Positions 17,544-26,599 of a DNA stretch of 42,627 nt are shown here, piece after piece. The stretch is from a virus. Numbering within the stretch: position 1 is the stretch's first letter; the number at the start of each line of letters is the position of its first letter. The DNA is taken from UHGV virus genome UHGV-0123675. One strand, given 5' to 3'. A program made the translations under genes and the position numbers. The notes below the pieces were generated by a model, which made no database searches, was not told the origin of the DNA, and was given only the letters and a program-made list of their open reading frames with translations.

Positions 17544-18050
17544 ATGGATAACGAACTGAAAAACCTTCGCCTCAACATCAATCAACTTGCAGCGGTGACC
17601 GACCTTCATCGTCAGACGATCTCAAGCAAGCTGAATAACGTTGAGCCTGCTCCGGGCAGTAATTCTCGTCTCAAGCTTTATTCTGTCGTGGATATTCTCC
17701 GGGAACTGCTGGGCCGAACCACGGCACCCGAGCTGGTGGATATCGATAAGATGTTACCGCCGGATCGTAAGGCGTGGTTTCAGTCTGAACGCGAGAGGCT
17801 TAAATTCCAGCAGGAAACAGGTGAGTTAATCCCGGCATCGACAGTGACCCGAGAATTTTCATCAATGGCAAAAGCCGTCGTTCAGGTGCTGGAAACGCTG
17901 CCGGATATTCTTGAACGTGATTGCGCGATGACGCCTGCAGCTGTCGTTCGGGTTCAAAAAGTCATCGATGACCTGCGGGATCAGATAGCCCTGAAGGTTG
18001 AGCAGGCAGATACGCCGCAACAGGAGGACAGTTCGCCAGAAGAGGAGTAA
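17544..18050 (+). CDS. Terminase small subunit (lambda Nu1-like)
   Basis: N-terminal NINQLAAVTDLHRQTISSKLN HTH-like segment as in Nu1, acidic C-terminus, immediately upstream of large terminase; ORF may start at 17532 (TTG). Confidence 0.7.
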   Translation: MDNELKNLRLNINQLAAVTDLHRQTISSKLNNVEPAPGSNSRLKLYSVVDILRELLGRTTAPELVDIDKMLPPDRKAWFQSERERLKFQQETGELIPASTVTREFSSMAKAVVQVLETLPDILERDCAMTPAAVVRVQKVIDDLRDQIALKVEQADTPQQEDSSPEEE

Positions 18051-18053
18051 GCC

Positions 18054-20171
18054 ATGCGACAGGCCACGGCGGCGGAGCTAAGAAAAAACACTGCCGGGAT
18101 CATCAGAGCACCGCGCCGAATGCCTGTAGCGGAAGCCGTACATAAATATATGCGTGTTCCGGTCGGCGTGGGTAACTCCGTTGAGTGGGATCCTAATCTT
18201 GCCCCTTATGTTGTGGAGCCGATGAATTGCCTGGCATCACGCGAATATGATGCTGTCATTTTTGTTGGCCCTGCCCGAACGGGTAAAACCATTGGTCTGA
18301 TTGATGGCTGGGTGGTGTACAACGTTGTCTGCGATCCGTCTGACATGCTCATCATTCAGATGACGGAAGAGAAAGCGCGCGAACACTCAAAAAAACGTCT
18401 GGCCCGAACATTTCGTGTCAGCCCGGAGGTGGCGTGCCGGCTGAGTCCTTCACGCAATGACAACAACGTGCATGACCGGACTTTCCTTGCCGGAAACTAC
18501 CTGAAGATAGGCTGGCCGTCTATCAACATCATGTCGTCCTCAGATTTTAAGTGTGTGGCGCTGACGGATTACGATCGCTTCCCGGAAGATATCGACGGGG
18601 AAGGGGACGGATTTTCGCTTGCTTCAAAACGTACCACCACCTTTATGTCGGCGGGGATGACGCTGGTCGAGAGTTCACCGGGCAGGGAAATCACCAATAC
18701 GAAGTGGCGGAGAAAGTCACCTCACGAAGCTCCTCCCACGACTGGGATCCTGTCTTTATATAACCGCGGCGATCGTCGTCGCTGGTACTGGCCATGTCCA
18801 CATTGCGGGGAATACTTTCAACCGGCCATGGAGGCGATGACAGGTTACCGGGAAACGTCTGACCCGGTAAAAGCCAGTGAAGCGGCGCATATTGATTGCC
18901 CGCATTGTAGCGGCATGATTACCGCCGACAGAAAGCGGGAACTGAACGGAAAGGGTGTCTGGTTGCGTGAGGGACAGACTATCGACCGTGAGGGCAACAT
19001 AACCGGAGAAGCCCGACGCTCGCGCATTGCCTCGTTCTGGATGGAGGGACCTGCGGCGGCATACCAGACATGGGCGCAACTGGTTTACAAATTACTGACG
19101 GCGGAACAGGACTATGAAGCCACCGGCAGCGAAGAAACGCTCAAAACGGTAATTAATACTGACTGGGGGCTGCCTTATCTTCCCCGTTCAGCCAGTGAGC
19201 AGCGACGTGCTGACGTGCTGATGCTGCGGGCAGAAGACTATGGCAAACGACTTGTGCCGCCGAAAGTCCGTTTTCTTCTGGCGTCGGTGGATGTGCAGGG
19301 CGGGAAGAAGCGCCGTTTTGTCGTTCAGATAATCGGGTACGGTGAAAACGGCGAACGCTGGCTGGTGGACCGCTATAACATCCGCCAGTCCCTGCGTTGT
19401 GATGAAAATGGTGAGGCGCAGCAGGTGCATCCCGGATCCTATCCGGAAGACTGGCAACTGCTTATCACAGATGTTCTCGAAAAAACTTATGCGTTGCAGT
19501 CAGACCCTTCGCGACGGATGCCCATTCTTGCAATGGCTGTCGACAGCGGCGGGGAAGATGGGGTAACGGATAACGCCTATAAATTCTGGCGCCAGTGTCG
19601 TCGTGACGGACTGGGTAAACGGGTTTACCTGATAAAAGGTGACAGCACCCGACGCCAGAAAATCATTACCAAAACCCACCCTGACAACACAGGCCGAAGC
19701 GACCGCCGGGCGGATGCGCGTGGTGAGGTTCCAGTATATCTGTTGCAGACGGACCTGTTAAAAGATCAGCTCAGTAACAACCTTGAACGTGAAACCCCAG
19801 GTGCCGGGTATATCCATTTTCCTGACTGGCTGGGGGAGTGGTTCTACGAGGAACTGACCTACGAAGAACGCGGCACGGACGGAAAATGGCGCAAGCCCGG
19901 AAAAGGCAATAACGAAGCCTTTGACCTTTTCTGTTATGCCCACGCCGTCGCTGTCCTGCGTGGTTATGAAAAAATCCGGGACTGGGAACAGCCCCCGGCA
20001 TGGGCTGCCGCTCAGGAGAGTAATTCAAACATCATTGACGGGGAGCGCCCCAGGGAGATTGCTGTGAAAAAAGCGGTACCTGTACGTTCGTCTCCTGTTT
20101 CTGTAACTGAACAGCCCAGCCCGCTTTCTGGTGGCTGGCTGGGTGTCAGTGACAACGGAGGCTGGCTGTGA
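18054..20171 (+). CDS. Terminase large subunit (lambda gpA-like)
   Basis: Walker A VGPARTGKT; CPHCGEYFQP motif paralleling lambda gpA CPHCGEEQY; 705 aa. Confidence 0.9.
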   Translation: MRQATAAELRKNTAGIIRAPRRMPVAEAVHKYMRVPVGVGNSVEWDPNLAPYVVEPMNCLASREYDAVIFVGPARTGKTIGLIDGWVVYNVVCDPSDMLIIQMTEEKAREHSKKRLARTFRVSPEVACRLSPSRNDNNVHDRTFLAGNYLKIGWPSINIMSSSDFKCVALTDYDRFPEDIDGEGDGFSLASKRTTTFMSAGMTLVESSPGREITNTKWRRKSPHEAPPTTGILSLYNRGDRRRWYWPCPHCGEYFQPAMEAMTGYRETSDPVKASEAAHIDCPHCSGMITADRKRELNGKGVWLREGQTIDREGNITGEARRSRIASFWMEGPAAAYQTWAQLVYKLLTAEQDYEATGSEETLKTVINTDWGLPYLPRSASEQRRADVLMLRAEDYGKRLVPPKVRFLLASVDVQGGKKRRFVVQIIGYGENGERWLVDRYNIRQSLRCDENGEAQQVHPGSYPEDWQLLITDVLEKTYALQSDPSRRMPILAMAVDSGGEDGVTDNAYKFWRQCRRDGLGKRVYLIKGDSTRRQKIITKTHPDNTGRSDRRADARGEVPVYLLQTDLLKDQLSNNLERETPGAGYIHFPDWLGEWFYEELTYEERGTDGKWRKPGKGNNEAFDLFCYAHAVAVLRGYEKIRDWEQPPAWAAAQESNSNIIDGERPREIAVKKAVPVRSSPVSVTEQPSPLSGGWLGVSDNGGWL

Positions 20172-20383
20172 CGAAATCAGAAATTCAGCAGATGCTGGTA
20201 ACAGTACGCCAGGCATACCGTGATTCCCTGGACGGGAAAAGTGTGTCTTTTACGGGCGTAAATGGTCGCGCCATAACTAACCATGATCCCGTGGCGCTTC
20301 GCAGAGAGCTGGAATACTGGGAAAAACGCTGGGTTGCCGTGAACCGTCGCGGTGGATCTTTCAAACTCGCCAGATTTAATTAA
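20168..20383 (+). CDS. Head-tail joining protein (lambda gpW-like)
   Basis: 71-aa ORF, GTG start with GGAGG RBS, between terminase and portal as gpW in lambda. Confidence 0.65.
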   Translation: MTKSEIQQMLVTVRQAYRDSLDGKSVSFTGVNGRAITNHDPVALRRELEYWEKRWVAVNRRGGSFKLARFN

Positions 20384-20391
20384 GGTCTTCC

Positions 20392-21903
20392 ATGGGTATT
20401 TTCGACAGAGCACTTGGTGCAATTGCGCCAGGGTGGGCAGTCGCACGCGCCAGAAACAAAATGCTGTTGCAGGCATACGATGCGGCACAGCCTTCCAGGC
20501 TTAATAAAACGAAGCGCGAGAGCCGCGCGGCTGACACTGCTGTTGGTGTTGCAGGTGTATCACTGCGCGAGCAGGCGCGGGCGCTGGATGAAGACCATGA
20601 CATTGTAATTGGTCTGCTGGATAAGCTCGAGGAGCGGGTGATTGGTGCCCAGGGGATTCAGGTTGAACCGCAGCCGCTGGGGCTGAACGGAAAACTGCAT
20701 GAAGAATTTGCGGCAAAGATTTCCGCGCTCTGGTCCGAATGGTCAGTTCGCCCGGAAGTGACCGGGATGTTTACCCGCCCGGAAGCGGAACGGCTGGCGC
20801 TGCGTTCCGCATTGCGTGATGGTGAAATTTTTACCCAGATTGTGAGAGGGCCGGTTGCTGGTCTGACTCACTCGACCAGTGTGCCGTTTTCTCTGGAGTT
20901 ACTTGAGGCTGACTTTGTGCCGATGAACCTGAACAGCACCTCGGGGCAGCAGATCCGTCAGGGTATTATTGTGAATAACTGGGGACGTCCGACAGGCTAC
21001 CGGGTATATAAATTCCATCCGGCCAACATGACGCGTTTTAGCGCAGAACTGAAAACTGTTGCTGCTGAGAATATGCTGCATCTCGCACAGCGAAAACGTC
21101 TTCATCAGTTACGCGGGGTGAGTCTGTTACACGGCGTAATCCGCCGCCTTGGCGACATTAAGGATTACGAAGAGAGTGAGCGCGTGGCCGCAAGAATCGC
21201 TGCTGCGCTGGGCTTTTATATCAAGAGAGGTGATGCCGCTACTTTCCCGCAAGAAGATGACTGGAAGCCGTCAGAAAATAAATACCGCTATTTTGATATC
21301 GCGCCCGGGATGATTTTTGACGATCTGGCACCGGGCGAAGATCTGGGCATGGTCGAGTCCAATCGTCCGAATGTCCATCTTCATGAGTTTCGCAACGGGC
21401 AATTACGTGCTGTTGCCGCCGGAAGCCGGGGAAGCTATTCCAGCATTGCCCGTGACTACAATGGCACATACAGCGCCCAGCGCCAGGAACTGGTGGAAAG
21501 CTATGAAGGCTATAACGTACTGCAGCAATGGTTTGTTGGCCAGCACAGTCGCCCGGTATACCGCGCCTGGCTGGCGATGGCGCTGTTAACGACAGATATC
21601 CCACCGGATGTGGATCGAACAACCCTCTTTAATGCGACCTATCTTGGCCCGGTTATGCCATGGATTGACCCTGTAAAAGAGGCAATGGCATGGCGGGGAA
21701 TTGTGCGCGGTGGTGCGGGAACTGAAGCTGAATGGATCCGCGCCCGCGGGCAATCCCCCCAGGAGGTGAAGCGACAGCGTATGCGTGAAACCGAATTCAA
21801 CCGAGAAAACGGGCTGGTGTTCGACTCAGACGCCGCCAACGATAAAGGAGTGCTCCCTGATGCAGCAAATGATAAGCCCGCCCCGTCGCGGGACGATGAT
21901 TAA
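20392..21903 (+). CDS. Portal protein (lambda gpB family)
   Basis: 503-aa protein directly after terL/gpW; size and position of lambda-family portal. Confidence 0.8.
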   Translation: MGIFDRALGAIAPGWAVARARNKMLLQAYDAAQPSRLNKTKRESRAADTAVGVAGVSLREQARALDEDHDIVIGLLDKLEERVIGAQGIQVEPQPLGLNGKLHEEFAAKISALWSEWSVRPEVTGMFTRPEAERLALRSALRDGEIFTQIVRGPVAGLTHSTSVPFSLELLEADFVPMNLNSTSGQQIRQGIIVNNWGRPTGYRVYKFHPANMTRFSAELKTVAAENMLHLAQRKRLHQLRGVSLLHGVIRRLGDIKDYEESERVAARIAAALGFYIKRGDAATFPQEDDWKPSENKYRYFDIAPGMIFDDLAPGEDLGMVESNRPNVHLHEFRNGQLRAVAAGSRGSYSSIARDYNGTYSAQRQELVESYEGYNVLQQWFVGQHSRPVYRAWLAMALLTTDIPPDVDRTTLFNATYLGPVMPWIDPVKEAMAWRGIVRGGAGTEAEWIRARGQSPQEVKRQRMRETEFNRENGLVFDSDAANDKGVLPDAANDKPAPSRDDD

Positions 21904-23962
21904 TCCCCGTGCCAGTGTGGCTGGTATCGATGCAGCAAACGGTCAGTGCTGGTATGAGATACGCGCCCTGGCTGCAGGACGCGTGGAAATATTTCTCTAT
22001 GACGTGATCGGCGGCTGGGGGATTACCGCTCAGCAGTTCGTCTCCGACTGTAAGGAAGCCGGGGTGTTTGAGGCCAGCGCCGTCGATCTGCATATCCACA
22101 GCCCGGGCGGGGATGTGATGCAGGGATTTGCCATCTTTAACACCTTGTCCCGTCTGAAGGCGAAGCTGGATATCTGGGTGGACGGCGTGGCTGCCAGTAT
22201 GGCTTCAATGATTGTCTGCCTGCCCGGTGCCACGGTGCATATGCCGGAAAATGCCTGGCTGATGGTACACAAGCCGTGGGGCGGGATCGCCGGAGATTCC
22301 GATGATATGCGTGACTACGCTGCCTGGCTTGATCGTAATGAAGCGTTGATGCTCAGTGCCTACATGAACAAGACCGGGCTGGGGCAGGAAGAACTGGAGG
22401 CGATGTTGAAAGCTGAAACTTGGCTTAATGGCGCGGAGGCGGTGGAAAAAGGTTTCGCTGACACGCTTGAACCAGAACTGCAGGCCGCGGCCTGTGTGAA
22501 TCAAAATAAACTGAAGGATTACCAGAATATGCCAGAACAGATTAACAACCTTTTTGGGCCGCGCGCCGAAGCTCCTGTCAGTCAGCCGCAACCCGCACAA
22601 AATCCGGCTCCGCAGGCCGCAAATAACCCAACAACACCGCAGCCAGCCCAGCAACCGCTGGCGGGAAATATCGACATTACCGCGCTGGCCGCCCAGCTCC
22701 AGCAGCAGATGCAGGCGGCGAATACTGAACGAGTCAGCGCAGTTTCCGCTGTGTTTGATGCGTTTCCTGCTTTCGGCTCGCTGAAAGCAGAATGCATCAC
22801 GGATATTTCCTGCTCAGCGGAACAGGCCCGCACCAAATTGCTCAATGCGCTGGCGGCAGGGACGACCCCGAGTGCCGGACCGGGTGCAGTTCACATCCAT
22901 GCGGGTAACGGGAATATTGTTGGTGATTCCATTCGTGCGGCGGTGATGAACCGTGCGGGCTATGCGCAGGCAGAAAAAGATAACGCCTACAACGGGTATA
23001 CCCTGCGCGAACTGGCCCGCGCCTCGCTGGTGGATCGTGGTATCGGTATTTCTGGTGTCGGTACCGCACAGGCGATGGTTGGGCTGGCGTTCACCCACAG
23101 CAGCAGCGATTTCGGCAATATCCTGATGGATGTGGCGCATAAGGCGGCATTGCTTGGCTGGGATGAGGCCAGCGAAACATTCGAACAGTGGACCCGTAAA
23201 GGCACACTGACCGATTTCAAAACCGCGCACCGCGTTGGCCTGGAATCACTGGCATCGCTGCGTAAGGTTCGCGCCGGGGCGGAATATAAATATGTCACCA
23301 TTAAAGATCGCGGTGAGCCGATTGCACTGGCCACCTATGGTGAGCTTTTCAGCATTGACCGCCAGACTATCATCAACGACGACCTGGATATGCTGACGCG
23401 TATCCCGCAGGCAATGGGGCTTGCTGCGCGAGCCACCGTCGGCGATCTGGTCTGGGCTGTACTGACCAGCAATCCGAAAATGTCGGACGGTAAGCCGTTG
23501 TTCCACGCCGATCATGGCAACCTTGTTGCAGCCGATCTAAGTATTGAAGGGCTGGATATTGCACGTAAGGCAATGCTGCTGCAAAAATCCGGCGATCGTC
23601 GTCTGAATATTCGTCCGGCCTACATGCTGACGCCAGTCGCAATTGAGTCACGGGCAAACCAGCTGATTAAATCCGCCAGCGTACCGGGCGCAGACGCGAA
23701 CAGCGGGATCGTTAACCCGATCCAGAACTTTGTGACAGTGGCTTCTGAGGCCCGCCTGGATGACAGCAGCCCGACGGATTATTACCTGACTGCTGCGCAG
23801 GGGCGCGACACCATTGAAGTGGCCTATCTGGACGGTATCGACACGCCATATCTGGAACAGCAGCAGGGCTTCACTGTTGACGGTGCCGCTTTCAAGGTGC
23901 GCATTGATGCGGGTGTGGCCCCGCTTGACTGGCGCGGGCTGGTTAAAGTCACCAAAAAATAA
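21860..23962 (+). CDS. Fused prohead protease (ClpP/S14-like) - linker/scaffold - major capsid protein
   Basis: N-terminal domain with IHSPGGDV...MVHKPWGG ClpP-like Ser protease motifs; Pro/Gln/Ala-rich linker; C-terminal ~400 aa capsid-like domain; start chosen at ATG 21860 after AAAGGAG (longest ORF starts 21785). Confidence 0.8.
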   Translation: MQQMISPPRRGTMINPRASVAGIDAANGQCWYEIRALAAGRVEIFLYDVIGGWGITAQQFVSDCKEAGVFEASAVDLHIHSPGGDVMQGFAIFNTLSRLKAKLDIWVDGVAASMASMIVCLPGATVHMPENAWLMVHKPWGGIAGDSDDMRDYAAWLDRNEALMLSAYMNKTGLGQEELEAMLKAETWLNGAEAVEKGFADTLEPELQAAACVNQNKLKDYQNMPEQINNLFGPRAEAPVSQPQPAQNPAPQAANNPTTPQPAQQPLAGNIDITALAAQLQQQMQAANTERVSAVSAVFDAFPAFGSLKAECITDISCSAEQARTKLLNALAAGTTPSAGPGAVHIHAGNGNIVGDSIRAAVMNRAGYAQAEKDNAYNGYTLRELARASLVDRGIGISGVGTAQAMVGLAFTHSSSDFGNILMDVAHKAALLGWDEASETFEQWTRKGTLTDFKTAHRVGLESLASLRKVRAGAEYKYVTIKDRGEPIALATYGELFSIDRQTIINDDLDMLTRIPQAMGLAARATVGDLVWAVLTSNPKMSDGKPLFHADHGNLVAADLSIEGLDIARKAMLLQKSGDRRLNIRPAYMLTPVAIESRANQLIKSASVPGADANSGIVNPIQNFVTVASEARLDDSSPTDYYLTAAQGRDTIEVAYLDGIDTPYLEQQQGFTVDGAAFKVRIDAGVAPLDWRGLVKVTKK

Positions 23963-23964
23963 CG

Positions 23965-23988
23965 ACCGCCGCCTGGCGGTTTTTTTTA
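23965..23988 (+). terminator. Rho-independent terminator after capsid gene
   Basis: ACCGCC-gcct-GGCGGT stem followed by TTTTTTTT. Confidence 0.6.
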
Positions 23989-24035
23989 TCCCTGAAGGCG
24001 GCGCTGGTCGCCTTTTCCTTTTATGGAGAAAAAAC

Positions 24036-24371
24036 ATGGCGAATAACTATCAGCAGGACGGTACCACACTGGATTATCACAATGCGGGTGTTGATGCCGT
24101 TTCATCCGGTGCGCTGGTGGCGGTCGGCGGAATTGCCGGGGTGGCACACAGCGATATTCCAGCAGGCGAGTGGGGAACACTGCATATGGCCGGTGTTTTT
24201 GTGCTGCCTAAAGCGGCAGAAGAAATTGCGGCAGGCCAGAAGCTGTATCTGGCTGGCGGCAAGCTGACGGTGGCAAAAGGCGATGATGCAACGCCAAACC
24301 CGGTTGTTGGTTCCGCCTGGGGAGCAGCTGAGGCGGATGCTGCTGATGTTGCCGTCCGCCTGGGGTTCTGA
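24036..24371 (+). CDS. Small head-associated protein (DUF2190/decoration-like, tentative)
   Basis: 111-aa ORF with GGAG RBS directly after capsid gene terminator; Gly/Ala-rich. Confidence 0.45.
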   Translation: MANNYQQDGTTLDYHNAGVDAVSSGALVAVGGIAGVAHSDIPAGEWGTLHMAGVFVLPKAAEEIAAGQKLYLAGGKLTVAKGDDATPNPVVGSAWGAAEADAADVAVRLGF

Positions 24372-24727
24372 TGAGCCGGTTCCGGGAGCGTTTGGCTAAA
24401 GCAGATGCCCGGATTAACCGGGCGTTTGCCGAAGAAGTCCCTGCATGCCTGCAAACGGGTGAAGGCCCGCGTCTGGTGACCGTGATTTTTGAATCACCGG
24501 ATGCGCTGTCGGGTGTACCGGGGGGCGGGGAAATTCAGAACCATTCCCCGGCGTTCAGTGCAATGACTGCGGATATTTCCGGTCTCGAAAAACATGACGG
24601 TGTGGTTATCAATACTATCCCTTACCGGGTGACACATATCGGCGCGGATGAAGAAGGGCGGACCCGCGTCACGCTGGCATATGGGGAACCCGGCAAAACA
24701 CAGCCTCAGATCGATAAATGGAGCTGA
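24371..24727 (+). CDS. Putative head-tail connector / head completion protein
   Basis: 118-aa ORF in head-to-tail junction position; start overlaps upstream stop. Confidence 0.45.
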   Translation: MSRFRERLAKADARINRAFAEEVPACLQTGEGPRLVTVIFESPDALSGVPGGGEIQNHSPAFSAMTADISGLEKHDGVVINTIPYRVTHIGADEEGRTRVTLAYGEPGKTQPQIDKWS

Positions 24728-24728
24728 T

Positions 24729-25385
24729 ATGGCGCGGGAGTCTCGACTGCGGCGGGATTTACCCGTCGATATTGATGTGGATGTTATCTGGCGAATTGCG
24801 GACAGTATCGGTGCGACGCAAAAACAGTTCCGTGCAGCATACTCGCGCGCGCTCAGGCGTACTGCCGCCACGCTGCGAAAGAAAGCGATGGCGGATCTGA
24901 AAGACGGGCTGGCCCCACGCAGTATGGATCTGGTCCGGCGCCGTCTGCTGTCTTTTCGCCTGGACAGGGGATCGCAACTGGATAACTTCCGGCTCTGGTT
25001 CGGGCTGAATGCCATTAAGGTGAAAGACCTTAAAGGACGAATCAACGGGCGGCTGCGACCGCACCATACCCGGCGTGACCGCAACACGGGGCGTTTTATT
25101 AAAGCGCGCCGCCAGGCAGAAAACGCCGGATTTTCCCCGAAAGGTAATCTGCTGAGCGAACGGTCGTTTGAAAACGGGGAGGTGTCCCGTTCAAAACGGG
25201 ATAATCGCCGGACGGTGGTTATTCGCGATCCCCAGACCCGCCGGACACGCGAAGCAGAAATGGATATCTACGAACCGATGCTGAACTACATCGAAGACAA
25301 CGCATTTGCGGAAGCGATGGAGATTTTTATGCATCACTTTGAAACCGACATTCGCGGGCGCGTAAAAGCCCGTATTTCTGTCTGA
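24729..25385 (+). CDS. Putative neck / tail completion protein (Arg-rich, 218 aa)
   Basis: ORF between head and tail modules; function from position only. Confidence 0.4.
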   Translation: MARESRLRRDLPVDIDVDVIWRIADSIGATQKQFRAAYSRALRRTAATLRKKAMADLKDGLAPRSMDLVRRRLLSFRLDRGSQLDNFRLWFGLNAIKVKDLKGRINGRLRPHHTRRDRNTGRFIKARRQAENAGFSPKGNLLSERSFENGEVSRSKRDNRRTVVIRDPQTRRTREAEMDIYEPMLNYIEDNAFAEAMEIFMHHFETDIRGRVKARISV

Positions 25386-25396
25386 GGTAACGAACG

Positions 25397-25951
25397 ATGG
25401 CCGAGCCACTGTTGCTGGGGCGGTATCACGATGCTGTGACTGACGCATTAAAAAAAATCGGATGGGTGCGTGATGCCGGTGCGTATCCGGAAAGAAATGT
25501 TCCCCGCTTTTCGGGCCTGATCACGCCCGCGGTGTATTTCTCGATTAACAGCTGGGAACAGGGCGGAGGAAATGAGGGACAACTCAGCGTTAATTTAACC
25601 TGTGATCTCTTCGTGGTGGTGGATGCCGCCGGGTCGGGTGTGAGTCAGCCTGAAATCTTTGTCAGAACCGCTGCGGCCGATATTACCCAGTGGATTGACG
25701 GGCAGCAGTTTGGTCTGGGCCATATTGAGCCTGCGGTATTCACCACGGCTGAACGCGATGAGTTTGATCCGCGAATGGATGATTATCTGGTCTGGCGTAT
25801 TTCATTCACCCAGGCGGCTGCATTTGGTACTGACCCCTTTGCAAACAATGGCATGCCTCTGAAGCAGTCCTGGCTGGGTGCTGCACCTGATACGGGCCGT
25901 AATCACGTGGATAACTATCAGCTTATCTGGGAGGCTCAGCCCGATGAGTGA
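25397..25951 (+). CDS. Putative tail completion protein (184 aa)
   Basis: ORF immediately upstream of baseplate spike gene; function from position only. Confidence 0.4.
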   Translation: MAEPLLLGRYHDAVTDALKKIGWVRDAGAYPERNVPRFSGLITPAVYFSINSWEQGGGNEGQLSVNLTCDLFVVVDAAGSGVSQPEIFVRTAAADITQWIDGQQFGLGHIEPAVFTTAERDEFDPRMDDYLVWRISFTQAAAFGTDPFANNGMPLKQSWLGAAPDTGRNHVDNYQLIWEAQPDE

Positions 25952-26561
25952 TATCGCAGGCGACCTGCAGCGCAGACTGGCGAACCTTGTCCGGCGCGGC
26001 GTTATCCACTCCGTCAGGCACGATCGCATCCCAAAATGCCGGGTGGATTTGGGGGATATCATCACGACCTGGCTGCCGTTGTGCCAGGGCTTTTCCGGAA
26101 CTAACCGCGCTGATTCAAATCCTTATGCCGTGGGGGATGCGGTTACGGTCCTGTCCGAAGCCGGAGAGCTCAACAACGGACGGGTGTTTCCCGGCTGGAA
26201 CACGGGAAAGCTGCCAGTGCCGGAAGGAAGTGACAGCGAGCACATTACCCGTTACAGCGACGGGACCGAGATCCGTTATGACAGGAACGCGCATGCCCTG
26301 ACGATTACGCTGGCTGATGGTGGAACTTACAAAATTGTCGGTAAAGGCACGCTGGATGGTCCGGTTGAAATTACCGATACCCTGACAGTTCATGGCAAAA
26401 CCCAGATTAATGCCGACACGTCGGTTGCAGGGAATATCGGGGCGTCAAAGGAGATAACGGATAAATCCGGCAGCATGAGCAAGATACGTGAAGTCTTTAA
26501 CAACCACGATCACCGCGGCGACAGCGGCGGGCTCACCGATAAACCTAATCAGAAAATGTGA
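25944..26561 (+). CDS. Baseplate spike protein (P2 gpV-like)
   Basis: C-terminus HNHDHRGDSGGLTDKPN parallels P2 gpV HTHKHPGDSGGTTGSP; start ATG 25944 overlaps upstream stop. Confidence 0.7.
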   Translation: MSDIAGDLQRRLANLVRRGVIHSVRHDRIPKCRVDLGDIITTWLPLCQGFSGTNRADSNPYAVGDAVTVLSEAGELNNGRVFPGWNTGKLPVPEGSDSEHITRYSDGTEIRYDRNAHALTITLADGGTYKIVGKGTLDGPVEITDTLTVHGKTQINADTSVAGNIGASKEITDKSGSMSKIREVFNNHDHRGDSGGLTDKPNQKM

Positions 26562-26582
26562 CCTGCTGCGGCAGGTTTTTTT
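26562..26582 (+). terminator. Hairpin plus T-run (terminator/attenuator-like) upstream of sheath gene
   Basis: CCTGC-tgcg-GCAGG followed by TTTTTTT then GGAG-A-rich-ATG. Confidence 0.45.
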
Positions 26583-26599
26583 ATGCCTGGAGAAAAAAC

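Noticed and set aside
21797-25087. Numerous minus-strand and alternate-frame ORFs inside head genes (e.g. 22205-22654, 22814-23230, 23648-24037, 24494-25087)
   Set aside because: They lie antisense to or out of frame with well-supported structural genes in GC-rich DNA where spurious long ORFs are expected; they have no RBS and low-complexity translations.
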